DNA of 34,119 nt from Ruminiclostridium sp. (GCA_012027035.1 VEPD01000072.1:1-34119), one strand, 5' to 3'. Shown: positions 9,437 through 18,930, counted from the first letter of the stretch. Notes: a model not told the origin generated them from the sequence alone. Numbers and translations are program-made.

Positions 9437-10096
9437 TCAATATACAAGCGGAAACCACCTTAAGAATTCATTTCTGACCAACTCATGACCTTTACTGTTC
9501 GGATGGTTGCCCCATGACAGCAAATCAGAAAGCTCCCCTTCTTTTTTTATATAATTTCCAAACGCAGCATAACTATCAACTAATCCCACTTCATATTTCA
9601 TTGCCAGTTTTCTTATCAGGTCGGCATGTAATTTCAAATCAGTAATATTTTCAGTCATTACACCACCTATATCCATAGTTGGTGTAAATAATAGCAACTT
9701 AATGTTTTCTTCCAAGCTTTGTTCAATCATACTGCTCCAAAAAGCCTCTGCTCTTTCCAGTCCCATGCTTCTGTCATTAAGTCCATAGTCAATTGTTATA
9801 ATATCAGGTTTATGGCATAAAACTTCATTCTTAAACCTTTTTAGTCCGAGTTCTGATGTTTCTCCTCCAACGCCTGTTACAATTACATTGATAACTGCAA
9901 AAGGGAAGCGTTCCTTTAGGCCTTTATGAATCAAATGGGGATATGCATTGAATGTATCTACCATAGGCGTTGCAAAGTATCCTGAAGGAACACTGTGCCC
10001 GTGACACACTATATTTATTGTTCTATTCTGTGGCCAATGCATATTCAATTCATTTACTAAATTCAATAAATATGTACATCTATCTGCTATATTCAT
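9437..10096 (-). CDS. SGNH/GDSL-family hydrolase (esterase)
   Basis: 219 aa; block I CHGHSV (variant of GDS), block II GVGGETS, block III DYGLND, block V NHPNSKGH. Confidence 0.88.
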   Translation of the reverse strand: MNIADRCTYLLNLVNELNMHWPQNRTINIVCHGHSVPSGYFATPMVDTFNAYPHLIHKGLKERFPFAVINVIVTGVGGETSELGLKRFKNEVLCHKPDIITIDYGLNDRSMGLERAEAFWSSMIEQSLEENIKLLLFTPTMDIGGVMTENITDLKLHADLIRKLAMKYEVGLVDSYAAFGNYIKKEGELSDLLSWGNHPNSKGHELVRNEFLRWFPLVY

Positions 10097-10109
10097 CTTT
10101 TTTGCTCCT

Positions 10110-10240
10110 CATATTCCTTATTTCCGTAAGTTTCATTCCTGCAATAAGGGCACGGTGAGCCTTCTCGCAGCTGATAATCACCACTATCGATATTAACAAA
10201 CAAAGGATTTGCTAAGATACTTTGTTTGCCGTGGCGGTTT
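10110..10240 (-). pseudogene. C-terminal remnant of a right-handed beta-helix-type protein
   Basis: Reads SILANPLFVNIDSGDYQLREGSPC, then after a 1 nt shift LIAGMKL, matching the common DPLFVxxxxGDxxLxxxSPAIDAG tail motif. Confidence 0.55.
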
Positions 10241-10283
10241 CTGTCTGATAAAGCTGAAACTGTGACGATCCGTAATGCTTTGT

Positions 10284-12923
10284 TTAGCTGTCTAAATAGT
10301 TTACACACACATGAATATCTCCAGAAGCTTCTTTAAGTCTGACGATTTCACTTTCATCATCGAAATCCTCCCATATCTGACCATTAACTTTTACACCAGC
10401 GATTTTTACACCTTTGGTATATCTCAACTTGAGGTATAAGTTTCCGATTTTCGGATCATTTGGCAGTTTTAATTTTACATCAATCAGGCCGTTAATCTTA
10501 GAATCTATACAGTAGCTCACCATGCCAAACTTCGTTGCGGCGTTCTCCACTTCTATACTGCAGCCTGCATCCAGCCAACTCCGTGGCACTGCTTTGGCAA
10601 TCCAGAGTATATCCTCGTATTCATAAATCAGCATATCTCTTAACCTATGCAAAAACAAAGCTTCTTCAAAAGTTTTCGGAGGATATCTCAAAGTTGCCGC
10701 ATGCTCTCTCATCCAATACGATTCGAGGTCTACATGCAGAGCATATGTATTGTAGAAAGTCCTTATAAAGCAGGATATGTCATCCTTGCTCAGGTATACT
10801 TGAGCCAGAGGATAATACCCATTCTGCCAACCTGTCCCACCCCAACTGAACCAATCCTTTTCAACATCATAGTCCGTCATCATTGCAGGTGTATCCCTGC
10901 CCTTCGTATCCGGATGCACTCCATAAACCTGATCCCATTTTTTCGGCATAATAGAAGCATCCAGCATGAAGTTATCTTCCAAAATATCCAGTATCCAATC
11001 GGCCTCAATACTTTGAGGATCGATAACCTCCATGTGCACCAGTGCAATCGCACTATGGTCTATATCGAGCCACGGTCTTCCTATGGAAGGGCTTGGGGGC
11101 ACAAGTTCCACACCCATACCGCGTAAATACGGAAACGGTGGAATCATGGGAACGAATATTCCGTTTCTGATCGGTTTTACAGGTGAAAGTTCCATTGACT
11201 TTTTTACTGCTGTAAGTATGTCATTCTTGAATTCCAAAGCTTTGTTTTCAAGCAGAGCTGCATATTCCCCATCCAAAACGGCGAGAACTTTTGCGCTTTT
11301 AGTAAGAGCACTGTAAGCATATGCATTCATCTGATACCAGCTTTCCCATATATCCATATCACCTCCACGGGCAGGTGGCAGTAAACCATAATCCCACGGT
11401 TTCGACCCGTTCGGATAGGTAACCATATGCCATTTTCTTTCAGTCAGCAACCATTCGCAACATGCTTTTATCTTCTCACTGCACTCTTCCAACCACTCCT
11501 TATCCTTTGTAATAAAATAGTGTTCAGCCAATCCGATAAGTATAGACGGAGGGTCGAGGTAAAGCCAGCTGTCACCATGCTTAATGCCGTATGGGAAACA
11601 CAAACAGCCTTCTTTGAACCGGTACAACCCATCAGGCTTACGCTGTCCGCTTTGTTCGAGACATTTGTTAAGTCCTGACTTTGCCATATCATGGAGTCCC
11701 AAAATATCAAAAACTGTAATAATCGGACATGATTCCATTCCAATCATCGGATATGGTCCAATCCTTATATCCCACGAGCCATCTTTTTCTTCATCGCAGT
11801 ATGCAAGCAAATGCTCCGGCCCGAGTTTCCAAGCCATATTAAACCTCCAATCAGGAGTCTTGACTTTCATTGGAATTTCAATACTTTTCGGGCCTGTAGT
11901 TTTAGGATCTTTCGGTACCGGCCTGGTACCTATTTCTTTAAGAATCCTGTTCCAGTCCTGTTCCTGCTCTTTTCGTACCTTTTCCCTGATTGTTTCCGGT
12001 GCTCTCGACTTAATATTTTCAAGCCACTTCTGTGCTGAGCAACCCGTACTCTTTCTCCTTATATAGAGTCCCTTGGACGGTATGTATATACCTTCAGTAC
12101 TATCAAGGTCATCTGGAGCAAAGGAGACCGTACCGTTTGTCGTAGTAAGTGTAATCACTGTTTTATTAGGGACAAAATGCCGCCCTTTTCTTTGCTCTGC
12201 CCATTCTGCTTTCAGTAAACTAACATTTATGCCCATTTGCATGCTGTTATCGGAGAGGCATTGCCATGTATGTGCTCCACCTTCGTTCTTCTTGATGGAA
12301 ACGCTTCCGTTGCAACCTTTACCACACAAGGCCGAAACATTTTCTATAATTCCGTTATATGCACTTATAGTCCCGTCTACAAACCTGTTGGACGAAATGC
12401 CCTGAGTATCAAAACCCCATTCTATTTCTAAAGTTTCTCTCTTCCACCATGCATCCGTGAAAACTTTTACAGAAAAAGAAGGAACATTATTGACATCAAA
12501 AGAGGGATAAGTCACACGAAACCTCAATTTCATCGTTCTGATACTGCTGTCCTCAAATATAAACGTTTTTGGAGACTTGCAACGGCAATATTGCGGATAA
12601 GGCTGCCAGTTGCCTTGATACCATGTCCAAGGTCTTGAATTCTGCCATTCTACAGTTGGCGCCCAATATTCGCAAAGAACCATTTCCGCAAACCATTCAC
12701 AGTCTTCATCAAGCTCTATATTTATTTTGTTTATCCTCCTGGGCTCCTCCCAGGCTAGCCCATATATTACATTGCTATCTTTAGCATCGCAAATCCAATC
12801 GCTCTCCGCACAGGCTTCAGCTTCTGAAGATTTGAAGCTGTATTTATAAGCCCATCGTTGGATATCAATAGGCTGTGGATTAGAACAGGTGTCCTTTGTC
12901 TCATTGAAGTGTTTTCCTTTCAC
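10284..12923 (-). CDS. Large uncharacterised six-hairpin glycosidase-like protein (879 aa)
   Basis: GTG at 12923 preceded by GGGAG; the ORF-track TTG at 12974 falls in the -35 box. Barrel-like motifs LAEHYFITKDKEWLE, YGLLPP, NAYAYSAL and C-terminal AVPRSWL...VENAATKFGMVSY. Confidence 0.7.
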   Translation of the reverse strand: MKGKHFNETKDTCSNPQPIDIQRWAYKYSFKSSEAEACAESDWICDAKDSNVIYGLAWEEPRRINKINIELDEDCEWFAEMVLCEYWAPTVEWQNSRPWTWYQGNWQPYPQYCRCKSPKTFIFEDSSIRTMKLRFRVTYPSFDVNNVPSFSVKVFTDAWWKRETLEIEWGFDTQGISSNRFVDGTISAYNGIIENVSALCGKGCNGSVSIKKNEGGAHTWQCLSDNSMQMGINVSLLKAEWAEQRKGRHFVPNKTVITLTTTNGTVSFAPDDLDSTEGIYIPSKGLYIRRKSTGCSAQKWLENIKSRAPETIREKVRKEQEQDWNRILKEIGTRPVPKDPKTTGPKSIEIPMKVKTPDWRFNMAWKLGPEHLLAYCDEEKDGSWDIRIGPYPMIGMESCPIITVFDILGLHDMAKSGLNKCLEQSGQRKPDGLYRFKEGCLCFPYGIKHGDSWLYLDPPSILIGLAEHYFITKDKEWLEECSEKIKACCEWLLTERKWHMVTYPNGSKPWDYGLLPPARGGDMDIWESWYQMNAYAYSALTKSAKVLAVLDGEYAALLENKALEFKNDILTAVKKSMELSPVKPIRNGIFVPMIPPFPYLRGMGVELVPPSPSIGRPWLDIDHSAIALVHMEVIDPQSIEADWILDILEDNFMLDASIMPKKWDQVYGVHPDTKGRDTPAMMTDYDVEKDWFSWGGTGWQNGYYPLAQVYLSKDDISCFIRTFYNTYALHVDLESYWMREHAATLRYPPKTFEEALFLHRLRDMLIYEYEDILWIAKAVPRSWLDAGCSIEVENAATKFGMVSYCIDSKINGLIDVKLKLPNDPKIGNLYLKLRYTKGVKIAGVKVNGQIWEDFDDESEIVRLKEASGDIHVCVNYLDS

Positions 12924-12943
12924 GTTAATCAACTCCCAATTTA

Positions 12944-13088
12944 TTAGTATATCCCTGAAGAATACCGGGTTCAATGAACAATCGTACTAATTGTACAAGA
13001 ATAATATAGGGACAGGTTGGATTTTATACATTCTATATAAAAAAACCGGACTATTTTACGATTTACGGACTAATACTACAGCGTAAAC
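12944..13088. repeat. Duplicated promoter segment, copy 2 (matches 9210-9355)
   Basis: Direct repeat of copy 1, located downstream of the intact kinase gene. Confidence 0.95.
12946..12974 (-). promoter_or_regulatory. Putative sigma-A promoter of the 879 aa gene
   Basis: Minus strand TTGAAC-17 nt-TATACT. Confidence 0.6.
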
Positions 13089-13186
13089 AACCAATTTATC
13101 CTCACTGAAATAGTGCGTTGAAGCATTCGCAATATTTCTGTGAGGCGCATAAATGCCGATTTAATAATGAAGTTTACGCTGTAGTA
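13074..13186. mobile_element. 113 bp MITE-like element
   Basis: Perfect 15 bp terminal inverted repeats TACTACAGCGTAAAC (13074-13088) and GTTTACGCTGTAGTA (13172-13186), flanked by CTAA on both sides (13070-13073, 13187-13190). Confidence 0.75.
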
Positions 13187-13192
13187 CTAATA

Positions 13193-15052
13193 CTAAAAAC
13201 GTACTAATGGCATCATAAACCGGACTTCTGTTCCTTCGCCGACTCTACTGCAGATTGAAAGTCCGTATTGTTCTCCGCAATGAAGCTTAATTCTCCGGTT
13301 TACATTTGAAAGGCCAATGCTTGAATCATCATTTTGAGATGCTTCCTCTATATTTTCCCTGATCTCATTGAGCCTTGATTCGCTTATACCGTCGCCGTCA
13401 TCAATGATTTTTATCAGAAGATCCCGTGCCTGGGCAGATGCAGTGATGCTGATTTCTCCTGAAACCTTATTCATCAGCCCGTGAATAAGGGCATTTTCCA
13501 CCACGGGCTGTAAAATAAACCTGATAATTTCGCATGTCATCAATTCATCAGGTACGGCAATGTTTAATTTGAATTTACCTGCAAACCTATAATTCATTAT
13601 CTTTACATAATTCTCAATATAGCTTATTTCTTCTTCCATCATGCACATGATATCATGCTTTTTAAAAATAGGTCCCAGAAAATCCGAAAGGGTTGTAACA
13701 CTGTCGACAATATTATCCGACTTGTTGATGACTGCCATCCATTTTATTGTATTTAACGTATTGTAAATAAAATGTGGATTGATCTGGGCTCTGAGCGCCT
13801 CCATTTCCATATTGCGTTTCTCTGTCTGAATCAGCTCGTTCTTATGGAACAATTCCTTTATACTTGTAGACATTTTATTAAACTGGCTCACAAGTACGCC
13901 AAGTTCATTTTTCGGTGTTTGTTCAAGTGTCAGGCCGAGGTCGCCGTGCCGGATTTTTTTAATTATATCGGTTAGCTTTTTAAGCGGCTTCATCAATTTT
14001 AATATCCAGAATCTTGACAGAACAAAAACAACCGCCAGACTCAAAAAAAATATTATGGCCAGTGTTTTTCTCATGTACACAATATCCTTCAGGATTTCAC
14101 TCATTGGCATCTCACTCACCAGGATTCCAATGGAATTGTTGAGCTTATAATATACAACCTGTACTTTATTATCCGGATTTTCAACAGTAAATGTCCCTTG
14201 ACTTGAATTGGGATCCACTTTCCGGTAAAGCTCGGATTTCTTTGCCAATTTTGAATAGTCCCGGCTGGAAATGACTTTACCTTCGTTATTAATAATATAC
14301 ATGCTGCCTGTACCGGTATCTCTTGAATTGTTATAAAGTGATGTGAAATAATCCTCAGTGATATTAATGACAAGGGCGCCCGAATTACTCCCTGCCAGGA
14401 TATTTCTTGCCGCGGAAACATGATATACCCGGGTGTCTCCCTTCTGATCGGAATTTGCCAAACCAAAATCACGGTCGGTATACCCTCCGAACCATATCAG
14501 CTTCTGCTTGCTTGTCTTTGAATCATTGTATTGTTTTGATTTGTAAAACCAATTGTCTTTTGAAGCTTCATCAAACACGATGTAATTTCCATAAACGGAG
14601 CTCTTTATGATCAGCCCGTCCGCACCATAATAAATAACTGAATCAATATATTTGAAATTGATTACGATATTCGAAAACTTCCGCAATACCGATGAGGCAA
14701 ATGATACTTGATCACTTTCCGGCATTGTACCGTATCGGGTAAGGCCCTGCAAGTCCCCGTCAATAACAAGCTGTCTTGAAATCAAGTCAATATTGTCGGA
14801 AAATCTGCTGATGTTAAAATCGCTCTGTTCGAATCGCTGAATTATGTTGCTTTCTGAATTTCTGCTAAGTATACTGACAATTCCCGAATATAAAAAAACA
14901 AAACTAACGGCAACAACAATCATAAACATAACCAGAAATGATAATATGAGCTGAATCGAAAGCCTTGATGTAAATTTTTCCTCAATTAGCTTTTTTATTC
15001 CCAGCTTTTTTATTCCGTTAAACCTTGTTTTTATCAAAGAGATCCTCCACAA
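13193..15052 (-). CDS. Sensor histidine kinase, YesM/LytS-like (Cache, HAMP, His_kinase, HATPase)
   Basis: Two TM helices, HAMP, LRAQINPHFIYNTLNTI, LQPVVENALIHG, DDGDGI, IGLSNVNRRIKL. Exact start uncertain. Confidence 0.95.
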   Translation of the reverse strand: MWRISLIKTRFNGIKKLGIKKLIEEKFTSRLSIQLILSFLVMFMIVVAVSFVFLYSGIVSILSRNSESNIIQRFEQSDFNISRFSDNIDLISRQLVIDGDLQGLTRYGTMPESDQVSFASSVLRKFSNIVINFKYIDSVIYYGADGLIIKSSVYGNYIVFDEASKDNWFYKSKQYNDSKTSKQKLIWFGGYTDRDFGLANSDQKGDTRVYHVSAARNILAGSNSGALVINITEDYFTSLYNNSRDTGTGSMYIINNEGKVISSRDYSKLAKKSELYRKVDPNSSQGTFTVENPDNKVQVVYYKLNNSIGILVSEMPMSEILKDIVYMRKTLAIIFFLSLAVVFVLSRFWILKLMKPLKKLTDIIKKIRHGDLGLTLEQTPKNELGVLVSQFNKMSTSIKELFHKNELIQTEKRNMEMEALRAQINPHFIYNTLNTIKWMAVINKSDNIVDSVTTLSDFLGPIFKKHDIMCMMEEEISYIENYVKIMNYRFAGKFKLNIAVPDELMTCEIIRFILQPVVENALIHGLMNKVSGEISITASAQARDLLIKIIDDGDGISESRLNEIRENIEEASQNDDSSIGLSNVNRRIKLHCGEQYGLSICSRVGEGTEVRFMMPLVRF

Positions 15053-16643
15053 CTACCGCATTTTGTTTTTTAAATTCATTCGGCCTATACCCTGTAATCT
15101 TTTTAAAAATACGGCTGAAATAGCTTTCGTCGGCAAAGCCTACTTTCTGTGCGATCTGGTAAGTTTTTAGATGTGTGTTCAACAGGAGCTCCTTTGCCTT
15201 GTCAATCCTTACCCGGTTAACATAATCCATGACGCTGATATGCAAATCCTTCTTAAAAAGACTGCAGAGATAATTTGCGCTTATTTCAACCTGGTCGGCA
15301 ACCTGCTGAAGCGAAATATCCATGAAATAGTTGTCTTTTATAAATCTCACCGTTTCTGAAACTTCCCTGCCTACCAACCTGACATTTGCCTGGGATTCAT
15401 TGATATCCAGCAGATATTGCTCAAATACTCCCATTATTTCAATCAGCGTTGTACAGGTACGTATACGTCCGGCATATTCAAGCGCAATGTTTGACCTGTC
15501 ATTCCCGAACGCATTTGAGTTTGCCGCAGGCCGGTGAATCCACTGTATAAATAATTCTTGAACCTCTTCTTCCGGTACGCAGAACATCTCTTCCAGCAAG
15601 GAAATACCTTCCATGATTTCTTTGCGGTATTCATTGTTCATATCCGGGATTCCGGTAACATGTCCACGGAATTTTTCAATCAAAGAAAGATAAACGCTCT
15701 TGTTGCTGTTGTCCGCATATCGGATACACCTGACGTCTCCCATAAAATAGCTTTGTTTCAGAGCCATAGCCGCTTCATAATATAGATCTTTCAGAGCGGA
15801 ATAATGATTACAGCGGGTACTGATTCCAAAAGTCACCTGTGAGTTTATATAAGTTTTCATAATTATGCTTATCCTGTCCAGAATTTCGTACAGCATCGTC
15901 TGCGCATCATTTTCACCCGCTACATCCCCGAAGCTGAAGAGTATCATGTATTGCTGATCCTTCTCATACACGATTTCCCCTCTTTTATACTTGTCCAGGA
16001 GTTCGTCAATAAGATTCAGGATCGTTTCCCGAAGTGTATTTTCATGTTTGGCATCTAATTTATCATGAGAATTTCTGTTGCTGCTGACTTTCATCATGCA
16101 TAAAATCAATCCGGATGATTTTAACCTCATCTGCATTCCACAGATCATTTTTTCAAATTCAGCATCGGAATAAGCCTGATTAATAATATAATCCTTTATG
16201 ATTTTTTCTTTAATGAACCTTGCATTAACAACCATACCGTTGTTTACAAGTCTGGTTATATTTTCACTCGCAAGCTCGTCATGCACCTTTTTGATCACTG
16301 ACTCCATATCATCCGTCGACATCCTCAGCTTGAGAATATAGTCCGATATCCCCAGCTTCAATGCCTGATGCACCATGTCAAATTCCTGATAACATGTCAA
16401 TATGATGATTATTGTTTTTTTATCCTTCTCTCTGATTCTGGATATCAGCTGAAGTCCGTCCATGACCGGCATTTTAATATCTGTGAGGATCAGATCGGGT
16501 TTTTCTTTTTGATAGATTTCAAACGCTGCCTCCCCGTTTTGAGCCTCTGCAATAACCTTCATATCCATTTTTTCCCAGTCGATCATATTCCTCAAACCAA
16601 TGCTCACCAGCATTTCATCTTCGACAATCAGAACAGTAAACAT
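15018..16643 (-). CDS. Response regulator, YesN-like (REC plus AraC HTH)
   Basis: VLIVEDE, DLILTDIKMPVMDGL, C-terminal IAQKVGFADESYFSRIFKKITG; ATG at 16643 or TTG at 16649. Confidence 0.95.
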   Translation of the reverse strand: MFTVLIVEDEMLVSIGLRNMIDWEKMDMKVIAEAQNGEAAFEIYQKEKPDLILTDIKMPVMDGLQLISRIREKDKKTIIIILTCYQEFDMVHQALKLGISDYILKLRMSTDDMESVIKKVHDELASENITRLVNNGMVVNARFIKEKIIKDYIINQAYSDAEFEKMICGMQMRLKSSGLILCMMKVSSNRNSHDKLDAKHENTLRETILNLIDELLDKYKRGEIVYEKDQQYMILFSFGDVAGENDAQTMLYEILDRISIIMKTYINSQVTFGISTRCNHYSALKDLYYEAAMALKQSYFMGDVRCIRYADNSNKSVYLSLIEKFRGHVTGIPDMNNEYRKEIMEGISLLEEMFCVPEEEVQELFIQWIHRPAANSNAFGNDRSNIALEYAGRIRTCTTLIEIMGVFEQYLLDINESQANVRLVGREVSETVRFIKDNYFMDISLQQVADQVEISANYLCSLFKKDLHISVMDYVNRVRIDKAKELLLNTHLKTYQIAQKVGFADESYFSRIFKKITGYRPNEFKKQNAVVVEDLFDKNKV

Positions 16644-16795
16644 CGCCAAGCCCCTTTGCTATTCAATCATGTTTAACACCAGGAAAATCAAACGGTGTTG
16701 TTCGATAATTCAGCCTGAAATCTGTTGAAAGTAATAATAACGATATCTTTTATGAGTAATATTATATAATGATGCCATTTAAATGTATAGTAGTT

Positions 16796-17185
16796 CTATA
16801 AAATCCCAAAAGTTGCTATTTGCCACGGTTTCAAATCTACTTCAAAGGTTTTGTCTCTTGTATTTATCTGCCTGATTCTATTACCTGCAAGATCAGTTTC
16901 ATAACCCTCTTCTATGGGCACTGCAAATTCAACAATTACATTCGTCTGTTTCCCTTCAGTTTCAAACAATCTGATCTCGAATCCCTTCTCACCTTTTCTT
17001 CTGAATAAAGAGGTTACAACTCCATCTCCTTTGACTGCAAGCAAACTCATTTGCTTCGGAAGAGACCCTTTAGAAGGGCTTTTTACCAAGGTTATTGCGT
17101 TGTAATCCATCTCCATGGACATCCTTAATCTTTCCTGATTGGATATAGCCATATCATGTGGTATCAGGAGGTATTTGTATTCCCA
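16796..17185 (-). pseudogene. C-terminal fragment of a GH38 alpha-mannosidase-like protein
   Basis: Frame extends upstream as EYKYLLIPH, then IRLFETEG...ETDLAG...LKPWQIATF, typical of the GH38 C-terminal beta-sandwich; no catalytic domain present. Confidence 0.7.
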
Positions 17186-17230
17186 TTAATTCACTGATCC
17201 AGAAATCCTTACCCCTTGCCGCGCTTCTAG

Positions 17231-17355
17231 TTAGTTCCAATATGCCTGCACACTCGGCAAGAAACCTTCCGCAAATTTACTTTTATAGTCGTCAGTAAAC
17301 ACTTCATTTAAAGGAACAAGTTTACCTGCATTCATATAAGTGCCCATTCTGCCTA
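17231..17355 (-). pseudogene. Possible internal fragment of a sugar-binding protein gene
   Basis: Reads GRMGTYMNAGKLVPLNEVFTDDYKSKFAEGFLPSV, resembling the xGxLxPLxx motif of family 1 solute-binding proteins. Confidence 0.4.
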
Positions 17356-17453
17356 TAAAGTCTCTTATCAGGAAGAATATTTACACCTGTGGTACCTGGT
17401 ATATTGTATAATAGGTTTATTTCTTCTATATCTCCAAACATTTAAAATGTTAT

Positions 17454-17484
17454 AAAAAAAGTGCCCCCAGTCAACTGGACACCT
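17454..17484 (-). terminator. Terminator-like hairpin, alternatively an IS3-family end remnant
   Basis: Minus strand GTGTCCAG-ttga-CTGGGGGCAC followed by 7 T. Confidence 0.4.
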
Positions 17485-17497
17485 ATTTTCTGTTTGA

Positions 17498-17695
17498 TTA
17501 TCTCAAATCATGTGTTCTCGGCGGTTCAATATCCTTATCTATGAGAAACCCTTTCAGTATTTTTTCGGCTGATTGCTGGCAATGATAGCATATGATTTCC
17601 AGTTTAAGCGGATATAGATTTAACAAATATTTTGCAGTTACTAAATCATCATTTGCAAAATCATGCCATAGTTTGACTATACTGTTCTTGTCCAT
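17498..17695 (-). pseudogene. HEPN-domain protein, C-terminally truncated
   Basis: 65 aa, ICYHCQQSAEKILKGFL...PPRTHDL then stop; this class is usually about twice as long. Confidence 0.8.
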
Positions 17696-18008
17696 AGAGC
17701 TTCACCCCATCTCGGAAAATTATCCTTTCAATGGTTGGCAGTTGCTTTCGCTGATTGAATACAGTTTCCTTTCCAACCAGAATATCTACTGCCCGAATAT
17801 CTTTCCGGCTGATTGCACCACTAATTTTTTGCATAGCTTCAATAGGACGCATACTGTCGTCAGGAATAACCACATAAATGTCAAAGTCACTATCTTTATG
17901 AGGCATTCCATATGCATGGGAGCCAAATAAGTATATCTCATTAGCATTAACAGTATCTAAGATAGCCTGTTTAATACTTTCAAGCTCTTTGCTTGCTGTT
18001 ACATCCAT
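17661..18008 (-). CDS. Minimal nucleotidyltransferase (MNT), partner of HEPN
   Basis: 115 aa from ATG 18008 (GGAAGGGGG RBS); IYLFGSHAYGMPHKDSDFDIYVV motif; overlaps the HEPN start. Confidence 0.9.
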   Translation of the reverse strand: MDVTASKELESIKQAILDTVNANEIYLFGSHAYGMPHKDSDFDIYVVIPDDSMRPIEAMQKISGAISRKDIRAVDILVGKETVFNQRKQLPTIERIIFRDGVKLYGQEQYSQTMA

Positions 18009-18286
18009 AAAAAACACCCCCTTCCTTATTTCGTTATTCCGGTTATAAAGCCCACCATCAAGTACAGCTTTCGGTATACAATACATTCACCCTTGTATAA
18101 ATATTGTAGCATATTTTCTTAAAAAAGGGGAATGAATTTATTTAATCACCCAAGATTATCCACCTTTCACCGTCAAAGTCTTCGAATTTTTCAGTGGTCA
18201 CGTTCTGCTCAAAGTATACTGCCAAGATTCATTTTATGTTTTCTATTATACACTTTATTCTATTCATTTCCAATATACCTCACTTT

Positions 18287-18915
18287 GGGTGCAATTTTAA
18301 AATTTGTACCATCTATTTTAATTTATTCCATATAATGTCACGTTAAAAGGACAGTAACCGTAATATAAGCTTTGCCATCACCACTTTTGACAAAGTTTAT
18401 CTATGTTTATTAACTTGTCCTTTTCTTTCAAGACCCGTAAACACAGCTGTCTTTATGAATTACATCTACAGTAATAATATTTATAGTCCAATAACCGCTC
18501 TAACCTTATCCCATTGATTACTTGCATATTTTGCCCTCAATGCCGCCATATATTGACCTTCTGAAACACCCCACCTCATACCGGACTGCTTCATACGTTG
18601 TTGTATCACCAACTTGTTTCCACTTTCTATAGCGCCACTCCCTATATGATAGCCCCTCAACTTGTATCGCCGGTAATCTATGCGTCCTCGGTTATTCGTA
18701 ATATACACTTTCAGATTTGATACCTGGGCAGGAAGTTTCACACCTGTTAAGTCCGGGAGACTCTCCAAAACTTCATCTATAAGGCCTTTGTCTATCTTGT
18801 CCAGTATATCCTTTGCCTAGCCTTTCATCTTTATTTCATTATCAGGATACTGGTATTTGGCAAAGCTATGCACATTCTCGCTCAAATGATAATAGTCCAT
18901 AATCTGTACCGCCCG
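18287..18915 (-). mobile_element. ISKra4-like (UPF0236-related) transposase remnant, 3' part
   Basis: Frame 18915 to 18481 reads AVQIMDYYHLSE...KG*AKD...IGSGAIESGNKLVIQQRMKQSGMRW with an in-frame TAG at 18817-18819; N-terminus missing. GGGTGCAATTT at 18287 is a tentative right end. Confidence 0.78.
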
Positions 18916-18930
18916 GATTTTTAAAGGTAT

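Noticed and set aside
10093-10308. 71 aa ORF as an intact gene
   Set aside because: Overlaps both neighbours and only its middle looks protein-like; better explained as a frameshifted remnant.
12924-12974. TTG start at 12974 for the 896 aa ORF
   Set aside because: The TTG is the -35 box of the duplicated promoter; GTG at 12923 has a good RBS.
17498-18008. Active anti-phage defence system
   Set aside because: HEPN is truncated and no other defence genes are present.
18009-18086. N-terminal extension of the MNT ORF
   Set aside because: RBS precedes ATG 18008 and 115 aa fits the MNT size.
18132-18335. Plus-strand 67 aa ORF and weak minus-strand peptide resemblances
   Set aside because: AT-rich, interrupted frames, resemblance too short to support.
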